From the NCBI GenBank assembly GCA_963718665.1, contig OY970359.1, forward strand, positions 1,984,001-2,048,000: a stretch of 64,000 bases of DNA. Reading direction: 5' to 3'. The notes under the pieces were generated by a model. The model saw nothing but the letters and a program-made list of their open reading frames with translations. It was not told where the DNA came from and did not search any database. The translations under genes and the position numbers were made by a program. The DNA comes from an uncultured Phycisphaerales bacterium. GTDB lineage: Bacteria > Planctomycetota > Phycisphaerae > Sedimentisphaerales > Anaerobacaceae. Of the stretch, positions 8,826 to 19,352 are shown piece after piece. Position 1 is the stretch's first letter. The number at the start of each line of letters is the position of its first letter.

Positions 8826-11800
8826 CTACCTTGTTAATTGCAGGTTTTCAGGGCCAATCAGGTGGCGCATCTTACGGCAGAATTCTGGGTCGGGGTTGAC
8901 GCTTAAGCCCCTGTCGGCGGAGGCGTAAACCCTGCCCTTGTCTGTCCTGATTGCGACGTAAACGCTGCTCTTGCCCCTGTGGTGCATACAAATACTTTTT
9001 ATCTCAGCGATTTTTTCTTTCGTGACATTTTGGGCGTCGAGATTGATTCGCACCTTACCTGCGAGCTTGTCGGTTGCCTCGTCGAGGGTGATTAATTCGG
9101 AGGCGATTATGTTCGGCTTTTCTCTTCTGAAATCCAGCCGGCCTTTGACGAATACGACTGCGTCGGCGGCAAGTTTCGTGGCGAACTGGTTTAAGGTATT
9201 TGGGAACATAACGACCTCAACCTGGCCCTGGAGGTCGAGGAGGGTGAAGACAGCCATTTTCGAGCCGGCGTTTTTGCCTGTCCTGGTCAGGTTGTAGCGG
9301 ATTTTAGTTATCATGCCGCCAATGGTTACTTCCTTTTCCTGTGTGGTCTCGGCAATCTGGGTGGTATTGATATTCGAGAAGATATTGATTGTCTCGGCAC
9401 AGTGACTCAGCGGGTTGCTCGTAACATAAAAGCCGAGGACTTCCTTTTCATACATCAGCATCATTTGTTCTGGCCATGGGTCCGCGTAGGGCAGGCGGTT
9501 ATGGTCTTGTGAGTAATCCGGCGCGGTGGCCTGCGCGAAAAACCGCATCTGGCCGTTGAGTTTGTCCGTTTGTGTATCCGCCCCGTGCTCCATAGCCGCT
9601 GGAAGCCCCGCTATCATTTGAGCGCGGTTGCCCCCAAGGCGGTCGAATGCTCCCGCTTTTATCAGCGATTCCATTAACTGCTTGTTCGTGGCCCGCGTAT
9701 CGACGTTTTCGCAGAAGTGGAACAAGCTCTGGAATTTGCCTGTTTTCTCGCGTGCGACGATGATTTGCTCGACTGCCTTTTCGCCTACGCCTTTGACAGC
9801 GGCCAAACCGAAACGAATCATTCCTTTCTTGCCGTCGCTCTCTTTGTATAAAGGCGTGAAGTCAACGCCGCTTTCATTGATATCCGGTGCGGTAACTTCG
9901 ATACCCATATCATTACATTCGGATATGTATTCCACGACCTTGTCTGTGTTGCCCATTTCGAAGGTGAGAAGTGCCGCCATATATTCCACGGGCCAATAGA
10001 CCTTCATATAAGCGGTTTGATACGCGATGAAGGCGTAGCGGGTCGAGTGGCTTTTATTGAAGCCGTAGCCGGCGAAACGCTCGATTAGCTCGAATATGTC
10101 TTCCGCCTGCTGTTTTTTAAGCCCCTTTGCGACCGAGCCGGCGATGAATCGTTCCTTTTCCTTAAGGATGGTCGAGGCCTTCTTTTTGCTGATTGCCTTA
10201 ATCAGCGTGTATGCCTCACGCAGAGGAATGTCACCGAGGCGGTTGCAGATTTGCATCACCTGTTCCTGATAGACCATAATGCCGTAGGTCTCGTCGAGGA
10301 CTTCTTTCATAATCGGGTGAGGCAGCGACCATTTGCCCCCGTGTTTGCGGTCGTTGTAGTCGGGGATGAGGGTCATCGGGCCGGGGCGATAAAGCGCGTT
10401 TGCCGCGATGAGGTCCTGAATCCTGTCGGGCTTCATCTTCATCAGAAGTTCCTGCATACCGCCCGATTCGAACTGGAATATGCCTTTTGTTTTTCCCGCG
10501 GCGAAAAGAGCGAAGACCTTGGGGTCTTCGAGGTCGATTTTTTCGAGGTCTATTTTTTTGCCGTGAATCTGCTCGACTAATTGCCTTGCGCGCTCGATGA
10601 CGCTAAGGGTCTTTAGACCGAGGAAGTCCATTTTTAACAGGCCCACCTTTTCGACCATAGGTCCTTCGAACTGCGTAACGATATCCTCTGTGCCGGACGG
10701 CTTGTAGAGGGGCACGAAATTAGTCAACGGCTCATCGGCTATTACGACTCCAGCGGCGTGAACCGACGCGTGGCGGGCGAGACCTTCGAGTTTCTTGCTG
10801 ATGTCGATGACCTTTTTTGTCTGCGGGTCCCTGTCGTATGCCTGTTTCAATTGCGGCTCTGTTTCCAGGGCCATATCGAGGGTCATATTAAGCGTTTCGG
10901 GGACAAGTTTTGCCAGCCGGTCCGCTTCGGTCAGCGGGACATTCAACACCCGGCAGATGTCGCGGATTACCGCCTTTGCGCCCATCGTTCCGAAGGTGAT
11001 GATTTGCGCGACGTGGCCGTATTTTTGGCGGACGTAGTCGATGATTTGTCCCCTGCCCGCCTGGCACATATCAATATCGATATCGGGCATCTCGTTGCGG
11101 TGTGGGTCCATAAAACGTTCGAAGAGCAAATCGTATTTGAGCGGGTCAACGTCGCACAGGCCAAGGCAGTAGCCGACTAATGTCCCCACTGCGCTTCCTC
11201 TTGCGCCGACGGGGATATTATTTTTATGGGCGTAATTGCAGAAGTCCCAGACGATTAGAAAGTAACTTGCGAATCCCTTTGACTCGATGACGTGCAGCTC
11301 TCTTTCGAGGCGTTCTTTTACCCTGTCGTCGAGTTTACCGTAGATTTGCTGTGCTTTTTCATAGCATAGTTTTGTCAGGAATTTTTCAGGCGTTGAGCCG
11401 TCTTCGGGGCTGAAATGCGGTGCATGCCTGCTTTTAAGGTCGATTTCGACGTTGCATTGCTTAGCGATTTCCAGCGTGTTATCGAAGGCCTGTGGACAAT
11501 CCGGGAAAAGCTGGCGCATCTGGGCGGGACTTTTGAGAAATACGTCTTTGGGGTAAATCATCCGGTCGGGGTCGTCTGCTTTTTTGCCCGTGCTTATCGC
11601 GCAGAGGCAGTTATGTGCCTCGTGGTCTTCTTCCGCGAGGAAATGTACGTCGTTTGTCGCGACGATGCCCGCTCCGAGTTTGTTCGCCAGGTCAATAAGC
11701 GATTTTGCGATATTGGTGTCGTCGCCTTCGTGGCTCTGAATTTCGATGAAGTATCTTTCGGGGCCGAAGATTTTGAGGTACCCTTCGGCAACCGCCTGCG

Positions 11801-12275
11801 CCGCTTTTATGTCTCCGCCCGACATTTGCATCGCCAGTTCACCTTTCGGGCAGGCGGAAGTTACAATCAGCCCCTCGTTAAGCTCCGCGAGGATTTGCTT
11901 GTCGATTCGGGGGCGGTAGTAAAACCCTTCGGTGTAACCCGTCGATGCGAGCTTGAGCAGGTTTTGATAGCCCGTATTATTCTGGGCAAGAAGGATGAGG
12001 TGATACGCGGCGTCGCTGATAGATGTTTTTGTTCGGTCATGCCGGCTGTTTGGAGCGATGTAGGCCTCGATACCGATTATGGGTTTGATGCCTGCGGCGA
12101 TTGCCTTGGTGTAGAATTCTATCACGCCGAACATATTCCCGTGGTCGGTTACGGCGACCGAGTCCATACCCAGGTCTTTGCACCGCGCAAAGAGATTTTC
12201 GAACCTTATAGCGCCGTCGAGCAGCGAATACTGGCTGTGCAGGTGAAGATGTGTAAAACCTTTGTTCTCCGCCAC
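8826..12275 (-). CDS. dnaE: DNA polymerase III alpha subunit
   Basis: PHP domain HLHLHSQYSLLDG, RGSAVG, MPDIDID, FAGYGFNKSH; GTG start at 12275 with AAGGA RBS. Confidence 0.97.
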   Translation of the reverse strand: MAENKGFTHLHLHSQYSLLDGAIRFENLFARCKDLGMDSVAVTDHGNMFGVIEFYTKAIAAGIKPIIGIEAYIAPNSRHDRTKTSISDAAYHLILLAQNNTGYQNLLKLASTGYTEGFYYRPRIDKQILAELNEGLIVTSACPKGELAMQMSGGDIKAAQAVAEGYLKIFGPERYFIEIQSHEGDDTNIAKSLIDLANKLGAGIVATNDVHFLAEEDHEAHNCLCAISTGKKADDPDRMIYPKDVFLKSPAQMRQLFPDCPQAFDNTLEIAKQCNVEIDLKSRHAPHFSPEDGSTPEKFLTKLCYEKAQQIYGKLDDRVKERLERELHVIESKGFASYFLIVWDFCNYAHKNNIPVGARGSAVGTLVGYCLGLCDVDPLKYDLLFERFMDPHRNEMPDIDIDMCQAGRGQIIDYVRQKYGHVAQIITFGTMGAKAVIRDICRVLNVPLTEADRLAKLVPETLNMTLDMALETEPQLKQAYDRDPQTKKVIDISKKLEGLARHASVHAAGVVIADEPLTNFVPLYKPSGTEDIVTQFEGPMVEKVGLLKMDFLGLKTLSVIERARQLVEQIHGKKIDLEKIDLEDPKVFALFAAGKTKGIFQFESGGMQELLMKMKPDRIQDLIAANALYRPGPMTLIPDYNDRKHGGKWSLPHPIMKEVLDETYGIMVYQEQVMQICNRLGDIPLREAYTLIKAISKKKASTILKEKERFIAGSVAKGLKKQQAEDIFELIERFAGYGFNKSHSTRYAFIAYQTAYMKVYWPVEYMAALLTFEMGNTDKVVEYISECNDMGIEVTAPDINESGVDFTPLYKESDGKKGMIRFGLAAVKGVGEKAVEQIIVAREKTGKFQSLFHFCENVDTRATNKQLMESLIKAGAFDRLGGNRAQMIAGLPAAMEHGADTQTDKLNGQMRFFAQATAPDYSQDHNRLPYADPWPEQMMLMYEKEVLGFYVTSNPLSHCAETINIFSNINTTQIAETTQEKEVTIGGMITKIRYNLTRTGKNAGSKMAVFTLLDLQGQVEVVMFPNTLNQFATKLAADAVVFVKGRLDFRREKPNIIASELITLDEATDKLAGKVRINLDAQNVTKEKIAEIKSICMHHRGKSSVYVAIRTDKGRVYASADRGLSVNPDPEFCRKMRHLIGPENLQLTR

Positions 12276-12295
12276 CGTATAATCCTTTTTCAGTT

Positions 12296-12336
12296 TGTCA
12301 TTGATTATTGCCAATTGATTGCTGATAATTGTAACG
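12296..12336. repeat. Degenerate 7-bp tandem array
   Basis: tgtcat-tgattat-tgccaat-tgattgc-tgataat-tgtaacg in the dnaE/sppA divergent gap. Confidence 0.65.
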
Positions 12337-12394
12337 GTTAGGCGGATGCTAATCAACAAGGGACAGAGTTGATAATCTTATAAGGGGAAAATTT

Positions 12395-13432
12395 ATGGAT
12401 TTTGAAAATATCGGCGATTCTTCACAGCCGCAACTGAACAGTGTTCTTTCGCCGCAACCGGCACCGGCACCCAAAAAGAGCAGTGGATGGCGAATTTTCT
12501 GGGGTATAATCACCGGCTTATCGATGCTCGGAAACGTTATGCTTTTTCTGATGCTCATCGGCGTTGGAATTATAGCGTTTGAGGGAGTGGGCGGAAAGAA
12601 GTACACAGAGGAAGTCATCGAAGACGGCCCACGGAGCGCTAAAATCGCGATAGTGTCGATAGACGGCATTATAGACGAAAAGCAGGCACAGGAGGTTTAC
12701 TGGCAGTTAAAAACGGCCAGAGACGACAAGACCATAAAGGGAGTGATTATCCGCGTCGATTCGCCCGGCGGGACGATTTCGGGCAGCGACCAGATTCATA
12801 ACGAGATAATGAAATACCGCGCCGACACCAACCAGCCGGCGGTCGCGTTTATGCAGGGCGTCGCGGCATCGGGCGGCTATTATTCTTCGGTTGCCTGCGA
12901 TAAGATTATCGCCGAACCCACCGCAATCACCGGCTCAATCGGCGTGATTATGGAATATCTCGTATTGCAGCAGCTTCTGGAGGAGAAACTGGGCATACAG
13001 CCGGTTGTGGTCAAGGCGGGCTCGAAAAAGGACTGGCCCAGTCCATTCCAGACGCCTACCGAAGAACAATTGCAGTATATGCAGCAAAGGATAATCGACC
13101 CGGCTTACAATCGGTTCGTCAAAGTCGTCGTTGACGGCAGAAGTAACCTGACCGAGTCGGACGTCAGACGCCTGGCGGACGGAAGCATATACTGGGCGGA
13201 TAACGCCCTCGAAGAAAAGCTAATTGACAGCGTGGGCTATCTCAAGGACGCAATCGCCGAGGCAAAATCGCTCGCGGGCGTCAAAAAGGCGCAAGTAGTC
13301 GAATACCAAAAGCCGTTTTCAATCGCGGAGATGCTCGGCGCGAAGACGAATATATCGCTGAAGATTGACCGCAGGACGCTTTATGAGGTGGCTGTCCCGC
13401 AGGCGTTGTATCTGTGGACCGGCCCACGGTAA
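12395..13432 (+). CDS. sppA: Signal peptide peptidase SppA (S49), short form
   Basis: DSPGG, AASGGYY, TGSIGV motifs; N-terminal TM. Confidence 0.93.
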   Translation: MDFENIGDSSQPQLNSVLSPQPAPAPKKSSGWRIFWGIITGLSMLGNVMLFLMLIGVGIIAFEGVGGKKYTEEVIEDGPRSAKIAIVSIDGIIDEKQAQEVYWQLKTARDDKTIKGVIIRVDSPGGTISGSDQIHNEIMKYRADTNQPAVAFMQGVAASGGYYSSVACDKIIAEPTAITGSIGVIMEYLVLQQLLEEKLGIQPVVVKAGSKKDWPSPFQTPTEEQLQYMQQRIIDPAYNRFVKVVVDGRSNLTESDVRRLADGSIYWADNALEEKLIDSVGYLKDAIAEAKSLAGVKKAQVVEYQKPFSIAEMLGAKTNISLKIDRRTLYEVAVPQALYLWTGPR

Positions 13433-13460
13433 AATCCCGAAATAACGGTTTAACAGGAAA

Positions 13461-14915
13461 ATGACTAAACTACCCGAATATGTAAATGGTGTGCCGAATA
13501 TTTGCGGCTCGCAGGATATTATCGATGCGGCTATGAACCGCGACCCTGTTTTTTTGCCGCAAAGCAAAATTAACTGGGACAATGTCAAAAGCGCATTCGC
13601 GATAGCGCTTCACATGCACCAGCCAATCATACCGAATCCCGACCAGCCGCTCAAAACTGCGGACGTAATCAGCAATCTGGAACATATGATGAATCATCTG
13701 GGCAGCGGCGACAATCATAACGCCCAGGTTTTTCACCAGTGCTATAAACGGATGGGCGATTTTATACCTGAGCTGCTTAAAGAGGGCAACCAGCCGAGGT
13801 GTATGCTCGATTATTCGGGCACGCTGCTTGACGGTATGTATAAAATGGGTCTTACGGATGTTTTTGAATCGCTCAAAAAAATAACCTGTGATTCCAAATA
13901 TCGCGGCTGCATCGAATGGCTGGGTTCTTCCTGGGGACATGCCGTAGCGCCATCGACGCCGGTTCAGGATTACCGGCTTGGCGTTGGGGCGTGGCAGCAT
14001 TTCTTTGCTGCGCTGTTCGGCCTTGAGGCGGTAGGGCGGGTCAGAGGGTTTTCGCCTGCGGAGATGGCCCTGCCGAATCATCCGGATGTTTTCTACCAGT
14101 TCGTCAAGACGTTAAAGGATTGCGGCTACCGGTGGGTTCTTGTGCAGGAGCATACCGTCGAGCGTGTCGAAAACGGCTGGGGACTGGAATATCCGCATAG
14201 GCCTCATCGGCTGATAGCGAAGAACTCCACCGGCGATACGATTGCCATAACGGCGATTATCAAGACGCAGGGCAGCGATACAAAGCTTGTCGGGCAGATG
14301 CAGCCATATTACGAGGCGTGCGGCCTGGGACGGATAAAGCTGGGGACAAAATCGGTTCCGTCTCTGGTAACTCAGATTGCCGACGGCGAAAACGGCGGCG
14401 TTATGATGAATGAATTTCCCGGCAAATACAAACAAGCGATGGCTGAATGCAACAACAGCCCGACGCCTGCTGTTAATGTCACGGAGTATCTTGAATACTT
14501 AGACAGTTTGGGCGTGAAGGAAGAGAATTTCCCGGCGATTGAACCCATATTCCAGCATTGGATATGGCAAAAGTTTAAGGACGGCTCCGGCCCCGAGGCG
14601 ATGGAAAAAATTATACAGCAGTTAGGCAAAGAAGACCATCGGTTTCATATGGAAGGCGGCAGCTGGACAAACAATATCTCCTGGGTACATGGTTACGAAA
14701 AACTGCTTGGGCCGATGGAGCAGGCGAGCGTTTTGTTCAACGAGAAAGTTCTCGCTAAGAATGTTGCTCCGTCGGAACCGCGTTTTCGCAACGCCCTTTA
14801 CCATTTGCTTTTGACACAGACGAGCTGTTACCGTTACTGGGGCGAAGGTGTATGGGCCGATTATGGTCGTGAGCTTTGCCGGCGCACTATCGAAATACTC
14901 AAACGCGATTTCTAA
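13461..14915 (+). CDS. Glycoside hydrolase family 57 protein
   Basis: LHMHQP, GFSPAEMA, ADGENGG, TSCYRYWG motifs. Confidence 0.85.
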   Translation: MTKLPEYVNGVPNICGSQDIIDAAMNRDPVFLPQSKINWDNVKSAFAIALHMHQPIIPNPDQPLKTADVISNLEHMMNHLGSGDNHNAQVFHQCYKRMGDFIPELLKEGNQPRCMLDYSGTLLDGMYKMGLTDVFESLKKITCDSKYRGCIEWLGSSWGHAVAPSTPVQDYRLGVGAWQHFFAALFGLEAVGRVRGFSPAEMALPNHPDVFYQFVKTLKDCGYRWVLVQEHTVERVENGWGLEYPHRPHRLIAKNSTGDTIAITAIIKTQGSDTKLVGQMQPYYEACGLGRIKLGTKSVPSLVTQIADGENGGVMMNEFPGKYKQAMAECNNSPTPAVNVTEYLEYLDSLGVKEENFPAIEPIFQHWIWQKFKDGSGPEAMEKIIQQLGKEDHRFHMEGGSWTNNISWVHGYEKLLGPMEQASVLFNEKVLAKNVAPSEPRFRNALYHLLLTQTSCYRYWGEGVWADYGRELCRRTIEILKRDF

Positions 14916-15278
14916 ATAACTTTTATCTTGAACCCTGACGGTGTTATTGCGGCAAGTGCTTTCTTTATAAACACTTATGATAGATAGTTTCCCCTCGTGT
15001 TCACACATACAATATTTTGTTTTTTCCGGCATAATAAGTTGCTGGAAATAAACAAAATATGTTATCATATACTTTTTGTATTTTCAGGATATTTTGTTCG
15101 GGAGAATGTCACGCACGCAGGATAAACACCAATTCTTGAGCGAATAAATCAAGGGAAGGTTTGCGGATTTGAAGCAGATTAAGGCCGAAAAGGGCGGTTT
15201 AGACAGAATATCGGGGGGATTTCTGTCTTGCCGAAGTATTATTGGTCTCAATATATGATACGGGAAAGGAAGAGCGTT

Positions 15279-16439
15279 ATGAGAAATCGGTTTATGAAAG
15301 TTATTGGACTCCTGGTTGTGGCGGTTGTCCTGTGTGTTTCGGGGCTTGCCAGGGCAGCCGATGCGCCGACAATCAAAGTTGGCGCCATCTTCGCGGTAAC
15401 AGGAGACGCAGTGAATCTCGGAGGACCAGAAGCGAAAACCGCTGAAATGTTTGTTGAAAAGATAAACAAAGAAGGCGGCGTCAACGGCAGGAAGATTGAG
15501 CTAATCCTGAAGGACTCGCGCAGCAAGCCGGAGAATGCGGTTTCGTTCGCAAAGCAGCTCATTAAAGAAGATAAGGTCCTCGCGATAATTGGGCCATCGA
15601 CCAGTGGCGAGACGATGGCAATCAAGAATATCTGTCAGGACAGCAATACCATTCTTATTTCCTGCGCAGCAGCCGAGGATATTGTCAACCCGGTCGCCAG
15701 TTATGTTTTCAAAACCCCGCAGAAAGACAGTGACGCCGTGAGGCGCATTTTTCAGGTTATGAGAGCAAAAAGTATCAAGAAGATAGGTGTAATAACAAGC
15801 AACGACGGTTTTGGAATGGCCGGAGGCAAACAACTCGCCAATCTTGCCGAACTTGCCGGCGTTACAATCGCCATTTCCGAGGTGTATGACGAAAACGAAA
15901 CAGACCTGACAGGAATTCTGACCAAGGTGAAAAGCCAGGATGTTCAGGCGGTGGTCAACTGGTCAACAGTTCCGGCACAGAGTTTGGTCGCTAGGAATAT
16001 GAAGCAGATTGATTTGAACGTGCCCCTGTTCCAGAGTCACGGCTTTGGCAATATCAAGTACGCCCAGGCAGGCGGCGAGGCGTCAAACGGCACTATATTC
16101 CCCTGCGGACGCCTGCTGATTGCTGAGCAACTACCTGATAATGATCCCCAGAAAAAGTTCCTCATAGAATACAAGAAGGATTACGAAAGCCGGTACAAAG
16201 AGGACGTGAGTGCCTTCGGCGGCCATGCATACGACGCATTGCTGATTCTTGTCGAGGGACTCAAAAAGGCAGATAGCTTCGACAAGGGAAAGGTTCGCGA
16301 AGCTATTGAGAACATCAGAGGTTTCGTCGGAACAGCCGGCGTCTTTAACTTCTCGTCCCAGGACCACAACGGTCTGGGTCTGGATTCCTTTGAGATGCTC
16401 ACCGTTAAAGACGGTAATTTCGCAATATATAAGAACTAA
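15279..16439 (+). CDS. ABC transporter substrate-binding protein, branched-chain amino acid (LivJ-like) family
   Basis: Signal peptide; IKVGAIFAVTG, INKEGGVNGRKIEL..D, AIIGPSTSG, AYDAL; ATG 15279 with AAGGA RBS. Confidence 0.9.
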   Translation: MRNRFMKVIGLLVVAVVLCVSGLARAADAPTIKVGAIFAVTGDAVNLGGPEAKTAEMFVEKINKEGGVNGRKIELILKDSRSKPENAVSFAKQLIKEDKVLAIIGPSTSGETMAIKNICQDSNTILISCAAAEDIVNPVASYVFKTPQKDSDAVRRIFQVMRAKSIKKIGVITSNDGFGMAGGKQLANLAELAGVTIAISEVYDENETDLTGILTKVKSQDVQAVVNWSTVPAQSLVARNMKQIDLNVPLFQSHGFGNIKYAQAGGEASNGTIFPCGRLLIAEQLPDNDPQKKFLIEYKKDYESRYKEDVSAFGGHAYDALLILVEGLKKADSFDKGKVREAIENIRGFVGTAGVFNFSSQDHNGLGLDSFEMLTVKDGNFAIYKN

Positions 16440-16521
16440 TATTGCCACACCGGTTCCTTTGGCGATGGTTTTTCCTTAAATAGCATCGTCGAGATATTAT
16501 CCGCTGATGCGGGGCGAATCT

Positions 16522-16670
16522 CGGAGAACGCGGTTTCGCTCGCCAAACAGCTTATTGATGAAGAGAATGTTCTGGCGATAATCGGGCCATCGACCAGCGG
16601 CGAGACAATGGCCATAAAGAATATCTGCCAGGAGGGCAGGACCATTCTTCTTTCCTGTTGCGTAAAGTAA
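16522..16670 (+). pseudogene. Fragment of a paralogous LivJ-like binding-protein gene
   Basis: About 140 bp similar to 15529-15667; translates ENAVSLAKQLIDEENVLAIIGPSTSGETMAIKNICQEGRTILLSC then stop; no start or signal peptide. Confidence 0.8.
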
Positions 16671-16851
16671 TCTGAAAAACCGGGCAATAGGGTCGAACCC
16701 CGATAATTTACCCACAATCTTTGGGACGGTTCCTGCCGGAGTCGCCGGTTGATTTTTGCTTATAGTTAAATTAGAATGCTGGCCTACGGTTGACGGTAAC
16801 AATATTGTTGTAAACGAAAAAGTATAATATGTGGAAGGTGCAGGTATAAAA

Positions 16852-18036
16852 ATGGCAAAACATAAGGAAAATTATCCGCATAAGGCAAAGTATTTATCAG
16901 GCAAGCGTATTCTCCCGGAGCCGATTTCGAAATCGACGGATATAGCGAAGCTGATAGACAATCTGGACGCGTACAACGGCGGAAGATTAAGGGCTGCCTG
17001 CCAGTTATTGAAAGATAAATATTCCCAGGAGGACGTTACGATAGGAATGAGCTTGGCAGGAGCGTTAACGCCCGCGGGACTCGGACCATCGGCGGTAATT
17101 CCTCTGATGAACCACGGCTTTGTTGACTGGCTTGTCGCTACCGGCGCGAATATGTATCACGACATACATTACGCGTTCAATCTGCCTATGTTCCGCGGCA
17201 GCCATACGGTCGATGACGTTGATTTGAGAGACAAGGGCGTAACGAGAATTTACGACATCCTGTTTGATTACGAAGACGTCCTGATGGAAACCGACAGACA
17301 GCTCAGAGAGATACTTATAAGGCCTGAATTCCAGAAGGAAATGGGCACACGGGAATTTTATCATTATCTCGGCAAAATTCTCAGCGACCTCGAAGAAAAG
17401 CATAAACTCGGCCAGGTGAGCATATTGGCGGCTGCTTACAGGAACGGCATTCCCGTCTTTACATCGTCACCGGGGGATTCGACAATCGGTATGAACGTTG
17501 CCGGCCTTGAACTTCTGGCGGAGGCATCGGGCTTGCAGGACGCCTTCAAACTGAAAATAAATCCGAGCATCGACGTTAATGATTCGACGGCGATAATACT
17601 GAACGCCAAAAAATATGAAAACGGCAAGACGGGCGTCATCCTGATTGGGGGCGGTAGTCCCAAGAATTTTATGCTCCAGACCGAACCACAGATTCAGGAA
17701 GTCCTGATGATACCGGAAGCGGGTCAGGATTATGATATAAACGTAACGGATGCCAGGCCCGATACGGGCGGCTTATCGGGAGCGCCCCCGAGCGAGGCGG
17801 CAAGCTGGGGCAAAATTGACCCGACCAAATTAGAGGAAACTGTTACCGCTTATCTCGACGTTACCGTCGCCCTGCCTATTATGGTTGCATACACCATTCA
17901 GACCACCAGCCCCAAGAAACTGAAAAAATTATATTACCGCGGCGAAGAACTGCGCAAGAAGCTGATAAAGTCCTATCTTGAAAACAACAAAGAAGTCGAA
18001 AAACTCAGGAAGCTAATCAGGAAATTAATGGCCTGA
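16852..18036 (+). CDS. Deoxyhypusine synthase-like protein (probable homospermidine synthase, SpeY-like)
   Basis: ATGANMYHD, IGGGSPKNF, DARPDTGGLSGAPPSEAASWGK with catalytic Lys. Confidence 0.88.
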   Translation: MAKHKENYPHKAKYLSGKRILPEPISKSTDIAKLIDNLDAYNGGRLRAACQLLKDKYSQEDVTIGMSLAGALTPAGLGPSAVIPLMNHGFVDWLVATGANMYHDIHYAFNLPMFRGSHTVDDVDLRDKGVTRIYDILFDYEDVLMETDRQLREILIRPEFQKEMGTREFYHYLGKILSDLEEKHKLGQVSILAAAYRNGIPVFTSSPGDSTIGMNVAGLELLAEASGLQDAFKLKINPSIDVNDSTAIILNAKKYENGKTGVILIGGGSPKNFMLQTEPQIQEVLMIPEAGQDYDINVTDARPDTGGLSGAPPSEAASWGKIDPTKLEETVTAYLDVTVALPIMVAYTIQTTSPKKLKKLYYRGEELRKKLIKSYLENNKEVEKLRKLIRKLMA

Positions 18037-18051
18037 TAAAACAGGATTGAT

Positions 18052-19185
18052 ATGAAAAAAGAGCTTTTAAAATTGGCCCAAAAGCACGGGACTCCTTTAT
18101 TTATTATCGACCACAACGTGATAAGGAAGAATTACCGCACTTTCAAGAAGCATCTGCCGAGGGTGCAGGCCTATTACGCGGTCAAAGCCAACTCGAACCA
18201 GGAGATAATCAAGACGCTGTTTGACGAAGGCGCCAGCTTCGACGTCGCTTCATACAACGAGTTTATGCAGATTTACAAATACATCAGCCATTTCGAGGAG
18301 AAAGACAAGGATTTTTATATCTGGGACAAGATAATTTTTTCCAACACTATAAAAGACAGACCGACTCTGAAGAACATAAAACGATACCGGCCCCTTGTTA
18401 CCTTTGACAGTGAAGACGAGTTGAAGAAAATACGGGAATACTGTGAGACGGCGGGTCTGGTTTTGCGATTGAAAGTTCCCGATACCGGCTCGCAGGTGGA
18501 GATGAGCTCGAAATTCGGTGCAGAACCGGGAGATGCATATAACCTTATAAAACAGGCTTTTGACCTGGGGCTGGTGGTCGAGGGATTAAGTTTTCACGTC
18601 GGCAGCCAGTGCACCAATTTCGATAATTACACGGCCGCGCTGACAATAACATCTCAGATTTTCAATCATTCACGCCAAAATGGTTACAATCTTAAAATCG
18701 TCGATATCGGTGGCGGGTTTCCTGTGCCCTACGACTCTCAGGTCCCCAAGTTTGGAAAGCTCACGGCGGTGATAAATGCGGAATGTGAACGCCTGTTTCC
18801 CGGTGACATCGAGATTATAGCCGAGCCGGGAAGATTTATGGTGGCGACTTCAGCCGTGCTGGTCTCGGAAATAATCGGCAAAGCCAGAAGAGACGGCAAA
18901 ATCTTCTACCATATAAACGACGGGGTTTATCACACGTTTTCCGGCGTGGTGTATGACCACTGGATTCCAAATTTCCGCGCATTTCGGCAGGGTAAAAAAG
19001 AGGTATGTGCCGTTGTAGGTCCCACCTGCGATAGTTTCGACAAGATTTCTGTTTCGGAACAACTGCCGGGCAATCTTGAAATCGGCGACTGCCTTTTCAC
19101 GGAAAATATAGGAGCATACAGTACCGCTTCTTCGACGAAATTCAATGGCTTCGATGGCGCCAAAATCCTGCATCTGAATAATTAA
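18052..19185 (+). CDS. Type III PLP (alanine-racemase fold) ornithine/lysine decarboxylase
   Basis: YAVKAN (PLP Lys), SFHVGSQC, DIGGGF, AEPGRF, GPTCDSFD, GAY. Confidence 0.9.
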   Translation: MKKELLKLAQKHGTPLFIIDHNVIRKNYRTFKKHLPRVQAYYAVKANSNQEIIKTLFDEGASFDVASYNEFMQIYKYISHFEEKDKDFYIWDKIIFSNTIKDRPTLKNIKRYRPLVTFDSEDELKKIREYCETAGLVLRLKVPDTGSQVEMSSKFGAEPGDAYNLIKQAFDLGLVVEGLSFHVGSQCTNFDNYTAALTITSQIFNHSRQNGYNLKIVDIGGGFPVPYDSQVPKFGKLTAVINAECERLFPGDIEIIAEPGRFMVATSAVLVSEIIGKARRDGKIFYHINDGVYHTFSGVVYDHWIPNFRAFRQGKKEVCAVVGPTCDSFDKISVSEQLPGNLEIGDCLFTENIGAYSTASSTKFNGFDGAKILHLNN

Positions 19186-19283
19186 CCCTGTTCCTTTCGC
19201 TCTAAAAGTGCCAATTTTATAGGTCTTTAGCTGTTCGTCCCGGCGTATTTGATGGCCTCGCAGCGCCTTCCTGTCTTTGTCTT

Positions 19284-19310
19284 TAAGTTGCCTGGTGGTG
19301 GTGTCGATAA
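19284..19310 (+). promoter_or_regulatory. Putative sigma28 (FliA/WhiG)-type promoter
   Basis: TAAG-N15-GTCGATAA versus consensus TAAA-N15-GCCGATAA, about 40 bp before the ATPase gene. Confidence 0.65.
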
Positions 19311-19352
19311 ACACTGCTGTTGGAGAAACTATTGTCAGGATGAAGGGCTATT

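Noticed and set aside
11415..12341. Long antisense ORFs (e.g. 11415-12341, 35019-35810, 40984-41904)
   Set aside because: They are shadows of well-supported genes on the opposite strand and have no recognisable motifs
12276..12359. N-terminal extensions in the ORF track for DnaE (also CarB 37254-37295 and the kinase 32629-32712)
   Set aside because: The extensions run through intergenic repeat elements; homology-consistent starts lie downstream
15529..16660. Diversity-generating retroelement TR/VR pair
   Set aside because: Mismatches are mostly synonymous third-position changes and not adenine-specific; the match is internal to the gene; no reverse transcriptase nearby
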